From Takakia lepidozioides (Eukaryota > Plantae > Bryophyta): a stretch of DNA of 64,000 bases. The translations under genes were made by a program, and so were the position numbers. Below, in pieces: positions 44,725-59,048 of this stretch (position 1 is the stretch's first letter; every line of letters starts with the position of its first letter). A model generated the notes under the pieces. That model searched no databases, was not told the DNA's origin, and saw only the letters and a list, made by a program, of their open reading frames with translations. The stretch lies in assembly GCA_030704615.1 (NCBI GenBank), contig CM060732.1, forward strand, positions 25,854,001 to 25,918,000. Reading direction: 5' to 3'.

Positions 44725-47700
44725 TGTCCCACCAGGACATGCTTAAAGACATTTCGGGGAAGAACGTCCTCAACCCCCCAAGTATATATTACACTATTGC
44801 TCACGAATGCCTGGTCTGCCACATCCTGGGTGACCAATTTCTGGACCCGGTGTGCCCATACATTTTGCCAAATGTAAGTGTCCCTGTCACAGTGGATCAA
44901 ACACTTCAATTTTCCAAGCATTGTTCAGTTCAATGTGATGGAAGTGAGTACTATTCGCTGGCTTAAGTGGGATTGGGTACATATCGTCAGAATAAGGGGT
45001 GGGCCCTCATTGCATAGCCAGATGTGTGAATTTCGAGGTACTCGGCCGGCTTGGTCCAGAAAGAGGATATCCAGCAGAACATTCCGTAGTCTCCAACAGT
45101 TCTGTAGTCTCTAACAGTTTTCAGGATTATATGGAATGTTCTGTAGAATGTCCTAGGACTGAGAAGAATAGTATGTGGTGATGGACTCCATTCACAAATC
45201 TTAGGCCAAAATTCAAAATCAGATAAAAATGATTCTGCGTCCAAGGTTTGGCACTAGGCTAATCAGTTTCTCATCTTCTTTGCCAAGGACTTGACTTGAG
45301 CAAGTCATGTCCCTTACACCTACCATGCCGCAAGCGGATAGGACTGTACTGTTGATGGAAATTCATTTTAAACATAGTTTTGTTGTTTGTTTCCTCGTTG
45401 AAAATGCAACTAGTTAGGGTACCAAACCAACCCACCAAGTGGCCAGTGCGGACCTCGTGCCGACTAATTATGCACCTACCCAACTGATCAGTGCTGCATC
45501 AGGGCCATAACCGGCCCACTAATCACATACTTACACAAACTGATTGGTGTAAAATGTGAAAATGGCCAAACATGGCATGAGATTCAGAGCTAGAATCCAG
45601 CACTAAGGATAACCTTCAACTTTACCTATAACCACCACCAAGTTGTTCAACATTCCCCACACAACTCTGGGGAAACTCTATAGACTGTGGAATGCCTGTT
45701 GCAACTACCCATGTAGTCAGTGTGTGAGTACCCAACTCAGCAATTTGTGACCCAAAGTTCAGATTCCTAGAGGTATCAAAGAACTCTTGTTAGTGATGGT
45801 TTGATTGGGAATTCAGGTAAAAAGTTCTAGAGATTCCAGTACCCTAAAATTCCCAGGCTGAAGCGTGGGGACATGTGACTGATTTTAGCTCCAACACACA
45901 GCAAGCTGAGTTTACAAAAGAGGAAGACCCCATATGAAGCCCGGGGCAAACAAGTGGGCAGGGGTGGGAAATGGAACTCTTGTGGGAACCAAAGGGAGTG
46001 TGGGAACTGTTGTAAGTATTATACTCAGAAAAACTCCCTGGTTGTGCTTTGCTATTTCAGCCAAAAGATTTGTCGCCCGCCCACAACGCTTAAGTAAACC
46101 CAAATGGGTTTGGAGACTGAGTCAGCTTTGCACAAACAAAACAAGCTACAGAATAGAATACAGTCCTTAACAAATGTGGGTGCAGTGTGTGCGGTCTCTT
46201 CTCCGAGGCAGGGCTCGGGGCTGGCCATCCTCGGTACAAGAAAGCAAGGAGGGGAAGCAAGCAATCGGCTCCACTCTCTGGTAGGCCGGTCGCCAACACT
46301 TGGTTTCGTCTCTTGCAACGGTGAGGGCGACGCTCCTTCCGGGCAGACTTGAGTAGTGCACGCCCCTGGTTTGTTTGGGAGATTCTGTGCGTGGAACGCA
46401 TCCTTTGTGTTGTAGTGCATCCTTGCCTCGTGGGTTTGTCCTGCCTCGGGCGAGCGCCCACAGAATTGTTTTCTTTGCGGAGGAGATCGATCTCTGTCGG
46501 TAAGGGAAGGGGGCGGTGGCAGACCAGATGCGGTGAGTTGGGATCTCTGAACTTGTCTATACACTCGCTGCCCTCAAGTGTTGGGAGATGAATGACAGTC
46601 AATTGTGTGGTTTGAGTAGATACTAAGAACCTTTTCAACGCTGGGTTCTTATCTCTCAATTTGCTGCTTATAGGTTCATGCATCGATTCCCTCTCACTCG
46701 TGTTGTGGTACGGAGATGATGGGATTGACTTGTATCTGGTGGAAATGGTGCTTGCGTGCAGTGGCAGGTGGGGTTTGGCACCGAATGGATGGGGTAGATC
46801 TGGGGGCACACATTGGTATTGAGGCTGCCTCAAGATTTGCACAGCATGTGCACTGCAGCTATGTTTCAGCCACGTGAAAAGACCTTCCATGAGCTGCTAC
46901 GCCAAACTCAGAAGATTTCGAGTCCCAGGGTATGTCATTGTCGCCATGTTGTCTTCCAATTCCTTTCGCCTCTCCCTTCTTACCTTTTCTTCGTTACCTT
47001 TTCTGTTTTCCCCTTCTCCAACACAAACTGGACGATGCAGCACAGAGCAATAGGCCACAGCCTGCCATTTAGCCGAGCACACATCTCTTTTCAGCCTTGG
47101 ATCATTCGATTGATCACAGATTTCGTACACGATCTCTTCCCTGTTTGTTCCTCATTCTCTTTGTCTTGTTAAAAATAGGAAAAAGGAAAGAAAAGGATAC
47201 AAAGAGAAGTTTCCTTCCTTCGAAATACACTGATAAACCCAATTGCCATCCCTCCACGTCATCCGGTCTACTAGCAATCCTCATAGGGATTGGAAAGATG
47301 ACAGCTACTATCTGCCTGTCTTCCTCCCTGTCACATCTTGAAAATGCAAAACGTTTTCAGGCCTTCCCCTCTTCCAAAATTTCTTAGCTCTCTCTGTCAA
47401 GGGTTCAAGGATCGATGTGGATCCGTGCAATCTAGGTCTGCACAAGGTCAATTTGTCTTATGTGATTCAATGTCCACCCTCTGTTTTGTTTTTGTTGTCC
47501 ATTCACGGAGAAATTTCTGTTACACCAGGGGTTCTTTGGTGTGATTCACATCACGGGTAGGTCATATTCACGAAGTTGGGACTTGTCCATTTTCATGCTG
47601 AAAGTAATTATTAGGTCAATTATGCAAATATATACCTGTGTAATCTCTCCATCTACCCATCACAACTGTGATTGCTTTCTTTGTCCTCTGAGCCTAACAA

Positions 47701-48036
47701 TGCTGGCTGTCTGAAACTTGTCGAATGGGATTTTGGAGTTCATGTCAATGTGTTTTGGATTGTGATGTAGCTTTCTCCTGTCTTGGAGGGGATTGTGTGC
47801 ATGCAAGGCCCTGGCGTGAAGGAGGTAAAATCCTTTTGGAGAGTATTATTTCCTGTCGGTGATTCACAGCTTATGTTCTTTTTGTTACTGAACCCATGGA
47901 TTAAGGGGAAACCTTGTTTGAAATAGTTATGGAGGGAGGTAGGACTATGGAGAAGAACCTTTGTGAACTTTTGGAGGGATGCATGTGATTGCTGACTCTG
48001 CGAGCAGAGGAAGCTGCTGTATGAGGAGGAATCGGA

Positions 48037-51000
48037 ATGAATGTATTCCTTAGAGTAGCCAAAAAGCACCCAGTCTCTCAATTTGCATCTGCTTCCTTGT
48101 ATATGGACAGGTTTGTGTGGTTGTTAGAGAATGTTGCTCACTTGCTTTCCAACAGGTTTGTGACATATGCGGAATACTGATATCGGGTGTTGAACTTCAG
48201 CAGTGCAGCACCTGTGAGTTCTACCTCTCTTGAGTTGCACATTTCTAACAAGGAGCTGAGGTTATTCTGAAGCAACGCATGCAACATGACATATCTGTTG
48301 AACTTGAGTTACACTACAGAGTTTAAGAGACTAAAGTGGGAGGAGAATTTGTACTTGCTATCAAAAGATCTGTGGGAAATATGCAGCTTTACATGGGGGG
48401 ACAATAGGTGTGAGTCTGACGAGTTGTAAGCTATAGGAAACTCCACCTGTTATGCCTTGCCTGCATGGCCTCATGTGGTGGTGAGGTCCACAGACCTGGC
48501 TTGGCAGGCGGTGTTTTCTAAGGGCTGAGACAGCCCTGGACTGGAAGGACCTGGAGAAGTGTTGGATGGGATTAAAGGGATGTACTGCCAAGGAAAACAT
48601 CTAAGGGATAGCTCCTTCTCCTTGTGGCAGGCAATCGAGGATTCCACACTACCTGCTTAGATCCTCCAGTGGAAGTACGTGCTTTTCCATTATATAGTTG
48701 CTAGACGTGTCCTGCAAGCATTTCTTTTACAATTCTGGAATGATCACTCGCAAGCTTCCCTCTGCTTTGATACTGGCTTCCTAACTTGATTTGGTGTACT
48801 TGGAAACCTCACATCAGTTTGTGTTTTTGAAAAAGAAAGAGAACAAGAGTGAAGAATTTTTTTATTATGTGGACTTACAAGCTTGAACGGTGAGGAAGAA
48901 AGGGAGATAGGAGGAGGATATGGTGCTGGGCATCAGATTGAGTTGACGGTGTGTGCTTTGCAGACTGTTGTTCCCAGTGGGGTTTGGAGGTGTGGTCTGT
49001 GCAATGAGTCCAACTGTTTGCAGTCACAAGCCAAACATGAAGCTGGGGAAAGTACAGGGGGTGATTGTGGCACCAGTAGTCAGAGCAAGAGTACATCCGG
49101 TTTTCAGGGTGTGAAGAGAGCTGCCCACATCCGCGAGTTAAGACAAGTTGTGCAGCAAGAAGAAGCAGCTCTTTTAGACAGTCAGTTTCTGGGAGGTGTT
49201 CATAATGATGACAAAGTGGCAGATGAAGTGCACAAAGAAGATGCAAACGCCTTGGGTGGGAATACCAAGACTAGTATTGCCGAAGGTGAGACTCCTGATT
49301 CGAGCAGACGAAGCAAGCGAGGGAGGCTTCTTAAGGGTACTGGAACAGTTTTACCCATTAAACGTAGAAGAGCAGACAGTGGGACTGCTAGGTGTCTAAA
49401 AGTTGATACAGAACATCCCAAGGTAATCAGTAGCAACAAAGAGGTAATTGGGCCAGAAGTGAAGGGAGTGAGTAACATTGAGGAGAAGGCACCGCGACTT
49501 CTGTCTTTGGGGATCCATGAGGATGCTAACAGCAACAGTAGCCCACAACAGATAGAGGCGGGAGAGCGTTCAGGTGCACCGGAGGCAGTCAGGGAGATCG
49601 ATGGAGCAAGCACGTCCAGTGTAGGAGGGCACACTCCAGGAACTTCAAAGATTGCAGGGGCTGGGAAAGTTGGATCTACAAGTGATGCAAGCCCTTCACT
49701 CTCTAAATCAGCGATCGATGACGCTTCTATCAACGAAGCTGTAGAGAGCATGGCTCCGCACCCAGAATGTTCGGGCAACACCGCTGATGAAGATGACAGA
49801 AGAATGAATGTGAATATAACAGGGTTGAGGTTGGACTCTCTCTTTCAAGGAGTTTCTGAATCAGGCCAGGCTTTGCAAGTTGTTTGCGATAAGGAAGACA
49901 CTCTCAAAGGTTCAAGTGGCTTGATGTCTCTTGCTGAAACTCAAGACATGGATCTAGCCAAAAACTCTGAGGAGCTTGGGACTCAAGGGCCAGAGGGAGT
50001 CCATCTGGGGCAGGCAGTTGAGGGGCGATTCCAGTCCACGTCCTCTGCTGCAAGTGACTGGGGTGAAGATCTTGTAGTACAGAAGGACAATGCTAAAGAT
50101 ACTGTCACAAATTCTGGGGATGGGAGTGGCCAGCATAAGGAGGGTATTACCTTCTTGGATGGCCCCTCTGCTCCCCGTATCGCAGCTGCCATTGCAGTTG
50201 ATGCAGGGCAACCATCACAGAGCCTGGTTGATGTTGCTTCAGGAGATACTTTCCTTCAAGCTGATGTGAATAATTTTCCCAAACTGGCTGGCCTGAAAGA
50301 GGCTGAGGTAAGTGATTGTGATGCTGGAAATGTCTGTATGGTGTCAGTGAAAACAAAAGAGCTTTCAGAGAAAGTTGAAGATCCCAGGGAAGTGCAAGAG
50401 ACTTCTGAGAAGGCGTACCCGGCTTTTGGGGAAGTGGCTCATGAGGAATTGCTGCTTGTCAGTCCAACCAAATCTATTACTGTTGATCATGCGATTGAGC
50501 AACAGCACCAGGAAGTTCACATTGTTCTTAAAGAAATCACAGCGGGAAAGCTACCGGAAGAGGGGATATTATGTTTGCCACATGCTCAAAGCAGTAAGGG
50601 ATGCCAGTTGGCAACCCCTGAGACTGGGCTGGCAATCCAAGAAAGACAAGCTATGAAATTGATGACCCCAAAAGCTGAGGAGGTTCTGTTGGTAGCAAAA
50701 GATGTGGATGTAGTTGTTAAGAATGACACCAGTTTCTCTCAATCAGAGGGACTAGATCCTGAAGCTCAAGCCTGTCAAGAAATAGATATCGGATCAAAGG
50801 AAAAAGCAAGTCCAGCTGTTGACTCCTCCTTTGAGCAAACAGGGTCTGAGGTTATAGTGCGTGGAATCTTGGATCCAACCCCTACTCAGGTGGCGGGATA
50901 TGATGCAAAAGCAGTGATTCACTCCTCTGAACAAACAGATGCTGATGTTGGGGTGCATTTCAAGATTTTGGACTCCACCCCTACTCACGTGACAGCATAT

Positions 51001-54000
51001 GTCGCTCCTTTCAAGGGTAAGGAGGGTGCTGTCCCTCCAGTGCTGCTACATTCTCCCAAGCAGTCACCTCAGCAAGTGGGTGGTGAGGTAATGGCAACGG
51101 CACCATTCATGTCAGTGGATCTTGGAGTTCATCCCCATCCTTCCCCCATGGTGTTGAGGCCCGTTGAGAATGTGCAACACAATTCTGTGGTTTCCAGTTC
51201 TAAAGACCTTATAATGAGTGCTTCACCAGCTTCTGTGGGTGTACAGAGTGTGAAGGCTTCTACATCTGTTGAAAACCATGTCAAGACACAGCTGGAATCA
51301 CAACTCTCAAAACTTGACGATGAACTATTACATTCGCCACAATCATCCTTACAAGCTGTGACTTCTGTGTCTGCACTGGAAGCGAGTCCCGCAGAACTGA
51401 TTTCTCTCTCCGGTGGCAAGGTCATGGGTCATCTTTCTGAATCTATTCTCTCTGCAATCCATGTCACTAAGGAAAACAATTCCACACCTCTTGGGGGCAA
51501 GTTAGGACCTGCTACAGAGGGCTCTCCGAAACTGCAAGAAGACACGAGTAAATTGGAGGGCCAGATTGGCCCTTCCACTGAAACAGAGAACATGCCTTCA
51601 GAAGATGAAGAAACTGGATCACGGAGTGGCATGCTGGTTGAGGATGTAAGAAGTTCTTCATTTCTCCCCTTCATTGTTCGTGTTTGTTGGATTGAGAGTC
51701 TTGTCCTCAGGAGCTTTTGAACTTTGATGCAGCAATCTATGGGTTCGGTACATCTCTGCAATGGCAGGTCATTCTTTTACAGTTACGAGGAAATTGTCTC
51801 TCCCTCTGTTGCGCACACTCATTTCATTTGGCTTACCAGTTGCAGGCATGTCTGTAAATGTTAGTTACGAGCGGATCATGTTGCAGTTTTATCCCACAGG
51901 CCAGGTTTGAACAAATTAGTTTCTTGATTGTTCTGCGTGACAGGTCAAAGTGTGTGACATCTGTGGGAACTCGGGCTATGAGGAGATGCTTGCTGTTTGC
52001 AGTGCCTGTAATGAAGGTGCTGAGCACATGTAAGTTGCCACATATGAGATTTCGATGGGATGGCTGGTACTTGGTCTAGATTGGTAACTACATCTGGAAA
52101 CACCTGTCCCTGAACAGGGTAAAAAGGTTTATGTGCAGCCGAATGTTTATAAATATCTCATAACTTGGTTTTTGTATCTGTGAAGCAGTTATTGCATGCA
52201 GACCCAGCTCGACGCAGTACCAGAGGGGGATTGGTTTTGCGAGACCTGTCGAGTGAAGCAAAAGGCTGATGGATTGAAGCAGACCGAACGCATGTCAACA
52301 CCTGCACCAGCCCTAGTCCGATCAACATCAGTGAATAGTCGCCAGAAACCAACACTCATTCAGGGCAACTCTCGGTCAAGGCTGTCAGACCGTTTGAATC
52401 ATAAGAAACCACGTGGCATGCCTGTACGAAAGTCACCTTCTAAGGGTGCTTCAGGTATCCAAGCTCCCAGTAAAAGACCGGCAGTTGATGTGATTGCTTC
52501 TCCTGTTGCAAAAAAGCTTGCTCTAGACAGTGGGACTGGAGCACCACAGGCCTCAACTGGTTTGGTAGTGCGTCCCTCACTGACCAGGGAAAACTCTTTC
52601 AAAGGGGCTCCTGCAAAAGTGAAGTTTTTGTCCCCCTCAGCACTAGCCAATTTTTCTCCAGGGATACGAGTGGGCACTGGTAAGCCTCCTGGCTTGACAG
52701 TGCCATCTTCCAAACCTGGTGCCAGTCAGGCAGGGCAAGCAAGTAACAGGACCAGGTTTGTCTCTCTTAACAAATTCTCAAATGAACCAGGCCCCACCAC
52801 AGTGCAGGGTAATCAAGGGTTTTCAAATACCCCTAGGACTACTCTTGCAGCTGCATCCACACCAACTCTCTGCAGAACTCCAGGTTCAGGGAAGTTGACT
52901 GTGGATTACCCCTCTTTTTTGTTGAGCTCTAGATCAGGGAATACAGTGAAAGTCCCAGCATCATCTAAGATGGGGAGAGAGAGCAGCTTGGAGGTTAGTG
53001 GGCAGCCTCAGGTGAGAGACAGTCCATCGCCTGTCGGGCAATCCATTGGAGGCAGATCAAGCAGTTCAATGTTTCTGAAGATGGTCAAGGGTCCAGGTAG
53101 CAGCTCTTCACCTATGGATCCAAGGCCATGGCCTGACACACCTCGGCCTTCAGTGGAGTATGGGAGGGGAGCCCAGCGCTTAGGGTTTTCTGCAGAGCCC
53201 CCACCCCCAGGGGCAGTGGTGGAGACGGATGGTCCAAGTATTTCTCCTCCAGCTGGATATATGGGAAGCACAGGTGCACCAAAGGTGAAACACACTGCCG
53301 ATGTTGTGCAAACAGGGCTTACATCAGCAGTCAGTAACTTGGAGCAGCAGCAAGGGGTTATTGCACCAAAGCAAGCAATGAAACAAGCTGAAGATTCCTT
53401 CTCTTCCCTCAAGACGATGCCTTTAAGATTTGCATCAAGCCAGGGCATATCTCATCAGTCTCTTGCAGTGGGCATGGACAACATTTCTGCTGCTGACATG
53501 AAGGCCAAGGAGACCAGTGACACAGCTGTGAAAAGTAGGTTGCTCCTATCAGGTATTTTATTATGTCACTGGTCTTATGTATGAGAACTTGCAAAGCAAC
53601 TAGTAGAGTTTTCTGTTAGGGGAGCTCTGGCTTTTGGTGTACCATCATTTATTGTATTCAGTAGGGTAGTCAATTGTGTTGTCGTCATTTGTGTTTGCTA
53701 TGTTGGAAAGCAGGGGATGGACGTGCAGCAGAAGACAATGAGAAGCCTTCTTCAAGCAAAGCTGCTAACATGGAAGCTCAGAGTAAGGAATTGGAAAGGC
53801 ATTTGAAGATTGAGAAAAAGTTTGATAGGGGTGTAGGTATGGGAGTTGAAACAGGATCAGTGGGCACTAAACTTCTACCAAGTCCTTTTGTCAAACAGCT
53901 GGCCAATGACAATGGTAGGAAGAGTGTTCCATGGTTAACCACGGGAAGCAGCTCCAGGTGCTACAAGTGTAAGGAGGTTGGACATACTGCACAGGCTTGT

Positions 54001-57000
54001 GTCAATCGCGCCTCTTTGATCTGTAACCTTCCTGAACTGAAGGCAACTAGTGCTTGGGCCTCAGCAGGTGTCAGCCTTGGGGATGCTGTCTCTAAGGAAA
54101 CCTCTGTGACATTGACACCCAGTTTTGCTCCGAGTCCAATGGCTCTAGAGACAACTACAGCCTCCATGCATGAAATGGAATTTGTGACTAAGGAACCCCC
54201 ACTACAAGCTCGTTCAGCAACCAATGTGACGCAACTTGAAGGCCAATTGGAGGAAGCACAGGCTACAACTTCAAGTGCAGCTGCAACTGGAACTGGAACT
54301 CAACTGTTAATTCCGCAGTATCACACAGATCCTCAACAACCCTCCAGTGCGGCAACTCCATCTTCTACAGTCACCGACCATTTAGCTGCTCCTCCAAGTG
54401 CGTCAATGAGTCTGGTAGCGGTGCGTGGGACTCTGGATGCAAGCTCTGTACCCTTGCTTGGAGAGCAGTCTTCAAGATCTGGATTGAAAACTCCAAATGT
54501 TCAGCTGAAAGCGAGTGACAGTTATAGCCCAGAAGCAGCTTCCGTTATACCAGTGAAAAAAGTTCAGAAGTCTGATTCGCCAGCAGAGTCTTTAAAAGAT
54601 AACAGACTTATGCCTGGGAACACTGCAAAGCCAATGCCAGGTCATATGATGCTGCCCCAGGAAGTTGGTGTCCGGGCCCCTCCCTCGGCAATGACAATAC
54701 CCCCTGGAGGAGTTCCTTCCTGGGGCCCTCCTTCACCATGGATTGGAGTTGATCCTCTTTTCGCTCCAGGCTTACCCATTGGTTTTCCACCAGGCCCCTC
54801 TGGTTATCCTCCTCCACCTTTCGGCGGTTTTCAGGCTGCCCCACCTCCTATTGCACCACCTCCCTACATCAGTCCTCCACTTCCTGATGCCGCTATCCCT
54901 GATGATAAGATTGCTTGGCGGTATGTGTCGCACACCTGTGCCCTTGATCTCATGTTCTGTGAGCGTCCTGTCAGCTTGATGGGTTATACATTTGCATCAA
55001 GCAGGAACTTGGGGCTTGTGGCATGAACTGCTGCATAATTGCATGTGCTTGTAAATGGAAGTTTGAACTTATAGGAGTATAAAAGCGAGTGACTCTTATT
55101 CCTGTCCTTTGAACTCGTTTATTAGGAACAAAATCTGGCGTGTACATCTTCTATCTTTTTTGAAATCATGTAATAGGAGCAAAATTTGGCTTGTACGTCC
55201 TGATTTGTTATGGTGATTCATGCAGAGGTGCTTTTGAAGTGGCAGAAGGGCAAAGTACCACACTGTATGATGACATACAAGCACGTCCCTCAACGCGAGC
55301 GGTAGCAAAAGTTCTTGAAGTTGCTAGAGGAATGCCTCGCCGACTGCAGCTCGAGCAAGTGGAGCGATCACTACCCCTTGAAACATGGCCCAGGCAGTTC
55401 ATAGCGCGGCCACCAACTGATGGAAGCATTGCACTCTACTTCTTTGCTACAGATGGGGAAAGGTAGTACCTCGAGTATATATCTTCTCAAGTGTCCACCA
55501 CACTCTATACCATTAGAATTGGTATATTTTGGACTTCTGATTTGGGGCGACATCATGGGGAATATATATTTAGTGTAGTGTTTAGTTTCTGATTTGTGTG
55601 ATTGGCCTGCTTCGTACAGAGTCTGGACTTGCTTGTCATCTGCGAAAGGCGACCAGGAAAGTCCATTTGGAAGTTCTGAGTTTCTTACACATGTAACTGG
55701 CATTTTTGGCAGATTTCGTGGGGGATTGGTGGAGCATATGGTTGCCCGTGACTTGGTCCTAAGGGCTCAAGTGGATGATGCCGAACTCCTTGTTTTCCCC
55801 TCCAATCAGCTTCCGGAGAGATTCCAACGTAAGAATTCTACCTAGGATCCATTACTTCTCTGATCCATTCTTCATTAACATTGACTCTAGCATAAATGGT
55901 GCAAAATAATCTCTTCTTGTGTATCAAGCCTGTATGCTCAAGCCAAGAGACAAGTTTCAGGGAAATCTCTGTGGATTGTCAGTTCCGACATCTCAGAGCC
56001 AGTGTCTAAGGTTCAAAGACAGTTCATTGGCAGATATAGCATTGGAATGGTATTTAGCTTGTCCAAACTTTCACTTGTGAATGGATCGCTGTACAGGCTG
56101 GAATGGTCACATGTTTCTTTGGGGAGTGTTTCGTGCAAGAAAGCAGCCAGCATCTCTGGCGGTTGCCACTACGGAAGGGTCAGGGTCGGTACTCTTGGCA
56201 TCATCAAGACTGGTCTCCCAGGCACCAACCCAGGCACGTGGAATTTCTGCCTCAGGGGGTGACACAATGGGGGAGGTAGATATGGAAGTTGACATGGAAG
56301 GCGGGAAAGAGTGTGGAGTGGCAGACAGAGCGGTGAAGAGACCCAAGGACAAGAACGTATCTCCGCCTGCAGTCCCCTCCACCCAAACAGGACCTTGGTT
56401 GCCATCAAGTGTACTGATGGATTGTTCCGATGGCAAGGTAAAGGAAGGACCACAAGCAGACCTTGATATCCCGCCTGGGTTTGGGCCTGGACACCATAAG
56501 CAAGTATCAGCTCCTGTTGGCCCGCCTGGGTTTGAAAAAAAAGTTGAAGTAGCACCCCAGGTATCTATTTTCCCACTAGTGTGCAATGGTACTTGTGTGT
56601 AAAGTTTCATTTTTCATTCTGATGGTTTGATGTGCAATGGTAGTTGTTTCTAACTCTTCGCTGCTCCCTATGATTATGTGTGGGCTTTGACCTCCTTTGT
56701 GGCTGGCGTATGTCTGTGGACTTGTCACAAGTTACAACGAGTATTTATGTACATCTGTCATAAATGGAGTTAAGGTGTCTAAAAGACACAACTGTGTCAA
56801 GAATGATTGCCCCTTGGGGACCTTCTTGGGGTCTTGGCTGTAGGATTGGCCCACCATGCTCTGGAACCCAGTATATTTGAGCAAGCCTAGGAAATATCTT
56901 AGATGGCAGGATGCCCCAAGGTGGTCCAGTTCCACATTTGGCCCCTTCTCTCTGGCTTTCCTTCGAAGTATTTTTAGAAAATGACATGAACTGAGCAAAT

Positions 57001-59048
57001 GTTTACAAACCTTCAACCTCTTCTCTCTCTCTTTCCATCCAACTATTTTTGCACAAAAACATCAACTGGGAAAACTGCGAATATCCAATGTACCAGGGCA
57101 GGGCATATGTCAAGTTATAACAGAGAAAAGGTGGCCCTCTGAGTTCTTGTCAAAGATGGAGTGGGATTACCATTGTACTAGAAGTCGTGGTCATCACAAG
57201 GGTTTTGTTTGTGTTGATAAGATTTGTACTAAATGCATATTTTAATCTCTCATGCAACAGGTTGGTCCGGGCAACAGTGCTGATGTTGATACTCCAGATT
57301 CAGGCAGCTCTCACTTGCGGAGAGAGTTAAGTGTGGTTGACCACTTGAGATTGCCTCTCTCACGCCAGCCATCGCCCATACCTTCTTCAGGTAGTCCAAA
57401 AGATCGGCGAGAAGATGCAAGCCATCATGTATCTCGTGCATCAACAAGAAGGTTGTCTCGCTCGAGTTCTCAGTCACCAGTCCGACGCAAGGAGAGGGAT
57501 GGGGATGATAGAGGGAGAGAGAAAGGATATGAGAGAGGGAAGGATAGAGGGAAGGATAGAGAGAAGATAAAAGATTATGATGCTGGTTGGAGGAAGGACA
57601 GAGGTAGGGACCGGGAGTGGCATTCCCATAGAGATAGAGATCGTGATAGAGGGGGGGAATGGGAGAAAGAAACATCAAAAGACAAAGATAGATCGCGGGA
57701 AAGAGGAAAGGAGAAGGAAAGGGAAAGACCCCTGGAGAGGGACAAGGGTAGAGGCAGGGATCAATGGTCTAAGGAGAGGGAACGAGAGAGAGAGAGCAAA
57801 TTACGGCACAGACGGAGTCGCTCCCGATCACGGTCACCTGTGAGGCGATCACGGTCGCCTGTGAGACGATCACGGTCACCTGCAAGGCGATCACGTTCAC
57901 CTGTCAGGCGTCGGTCACCTGCAAGGCGTAGAGGACGGTCGCCATCCCCATTGCGGAGACATTTTCGTCATCACTCACGTTCATACTCTGGATCTCCGGA
58001 TTCTCGTGTTAAAGGTTCATCAAGGCGAGGGCCACAGTTGGACCGAGTACGAAGTGGACGGATGGAAGAGGAGAACCATCTCAAGAAGCAACGAAGTTTC
58101 ATTGATAGGGATTCACGGGACAAGGGAAGCAGACTTGTCTCCAGGGCGAGGGGCAGTCGTGACACACACTCTGTGTTACCGGGAAGTGTGGAGGATGCAC
58201 GTTCTGAGAGTGCTGGAGCTAGTAACTCAAGAGATGTATTGAAAGCGGAGCAATCCAAGGCTGTGGATAGCACGCGGACTGTAACTCCAGTTTTGGACAT
58301 AAACGAAGGAGTCAGTAGTGATCTCCCCAGATTTTCAGGGGCCGCTGCAAGGGCATCGACATCCTTACCGGACCTAAACACACAAAATGATGCTGTTGAG
58401 TCAGTCCCCTTTCATGTCTTTTTGCAAGCAGATGTTGCGGGTCCATCAGGTGAACAGGGGATGGTTAGTCCAATCTCTGAGCAAACCTTCTTTCCAGGTG
58501 CCCGGCCAACTTCCATTCCTTGTCCTAGCTCCAAGGAAAATGTTTCCGTACGAGATATGTTAGAGTCCTCAGTCGCAGCAGATCGATGGGATGTAGTGGT
58601 TGGAAGGTCAAGATCAGACTATAGTGAAAGAAATTCAACTGGATATCAGTTTATCCGCACATCTGAAACAGATGCAGAAGATGCCTACAGGGACATGCAT
58701 TCGAACCCCGATCTAGAGCTGGCACTTGGGGGGCAAGAGAGGACCCGAGTGCTATCCGAACCATTGCCATTGTTTGTGCAACTACTTGACGGAGTGGGGA
58801 TGCATGGGTGTTCAGCCAGCCCAGAACTTGCACTTGCAGGGTTGAATGGGAAAGAGAGAGCCAGATCTCCAGACCTAAGAGTTGGATTATCATCCTTGAA
58901 TCACTCAAGACCTTCCGGGACAGGCGCCTCGTTGTCACTTAGTCTTGCTGTTCCTCAATATAGGAGAGAAGGAAACTCCTGGGTTAAGGTAGAAGAAGAG
59001 AGAGGTCCTCTTGGTTCAGATGACGTTGACTTTGCCCTCACTTTATAA
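48037..59048 (+). CDS. AIPP2/PAIPP2-like chromatin reader: two PHD fingers, CCHC knuckle, SPOC-like domain, RS/RD-rich region, C-terminal EAR-like motifs
   Basis: PHD1 spans exons 48156-48213, 48631-48674 and 48964 onward. PHD2 is VKVCDICGNSGYEEMLAVCSACNEGAEH|YCMQTQLDAVPEGDWFCETC. Knuckle CYKCKEVGHTAQAC. SPOC-like WRGAFEV..WPRQF..IALYFF..LLVFPSNQLP..WNGHMFLWGVFR. Tail DLELALG, LSLSL, DFALTL*. The start (ATG 48037, MN|VCDIC) is tentative. Confidence 0.88.
57825..57926 (+). repeat. 21-bp coding tandem repeat (RSRSPVR heptad, about 5 copies)
   Basis: cgatcacggtcacctgtgagg repeated with variants. Confidence 0.9.

Noticed and set aside
46052-46890. 266-aa and 170-aa minus-strand ORFs
   Set aside because: No recognisable domain. 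The GC-rich stretch is more likely the promoter or 5' leader of the PHD gene.
57825-57926. CRISPR-like array
   Set aside because: No spacers; it is a coding RS heptad repeat in a eukaryotic gene.
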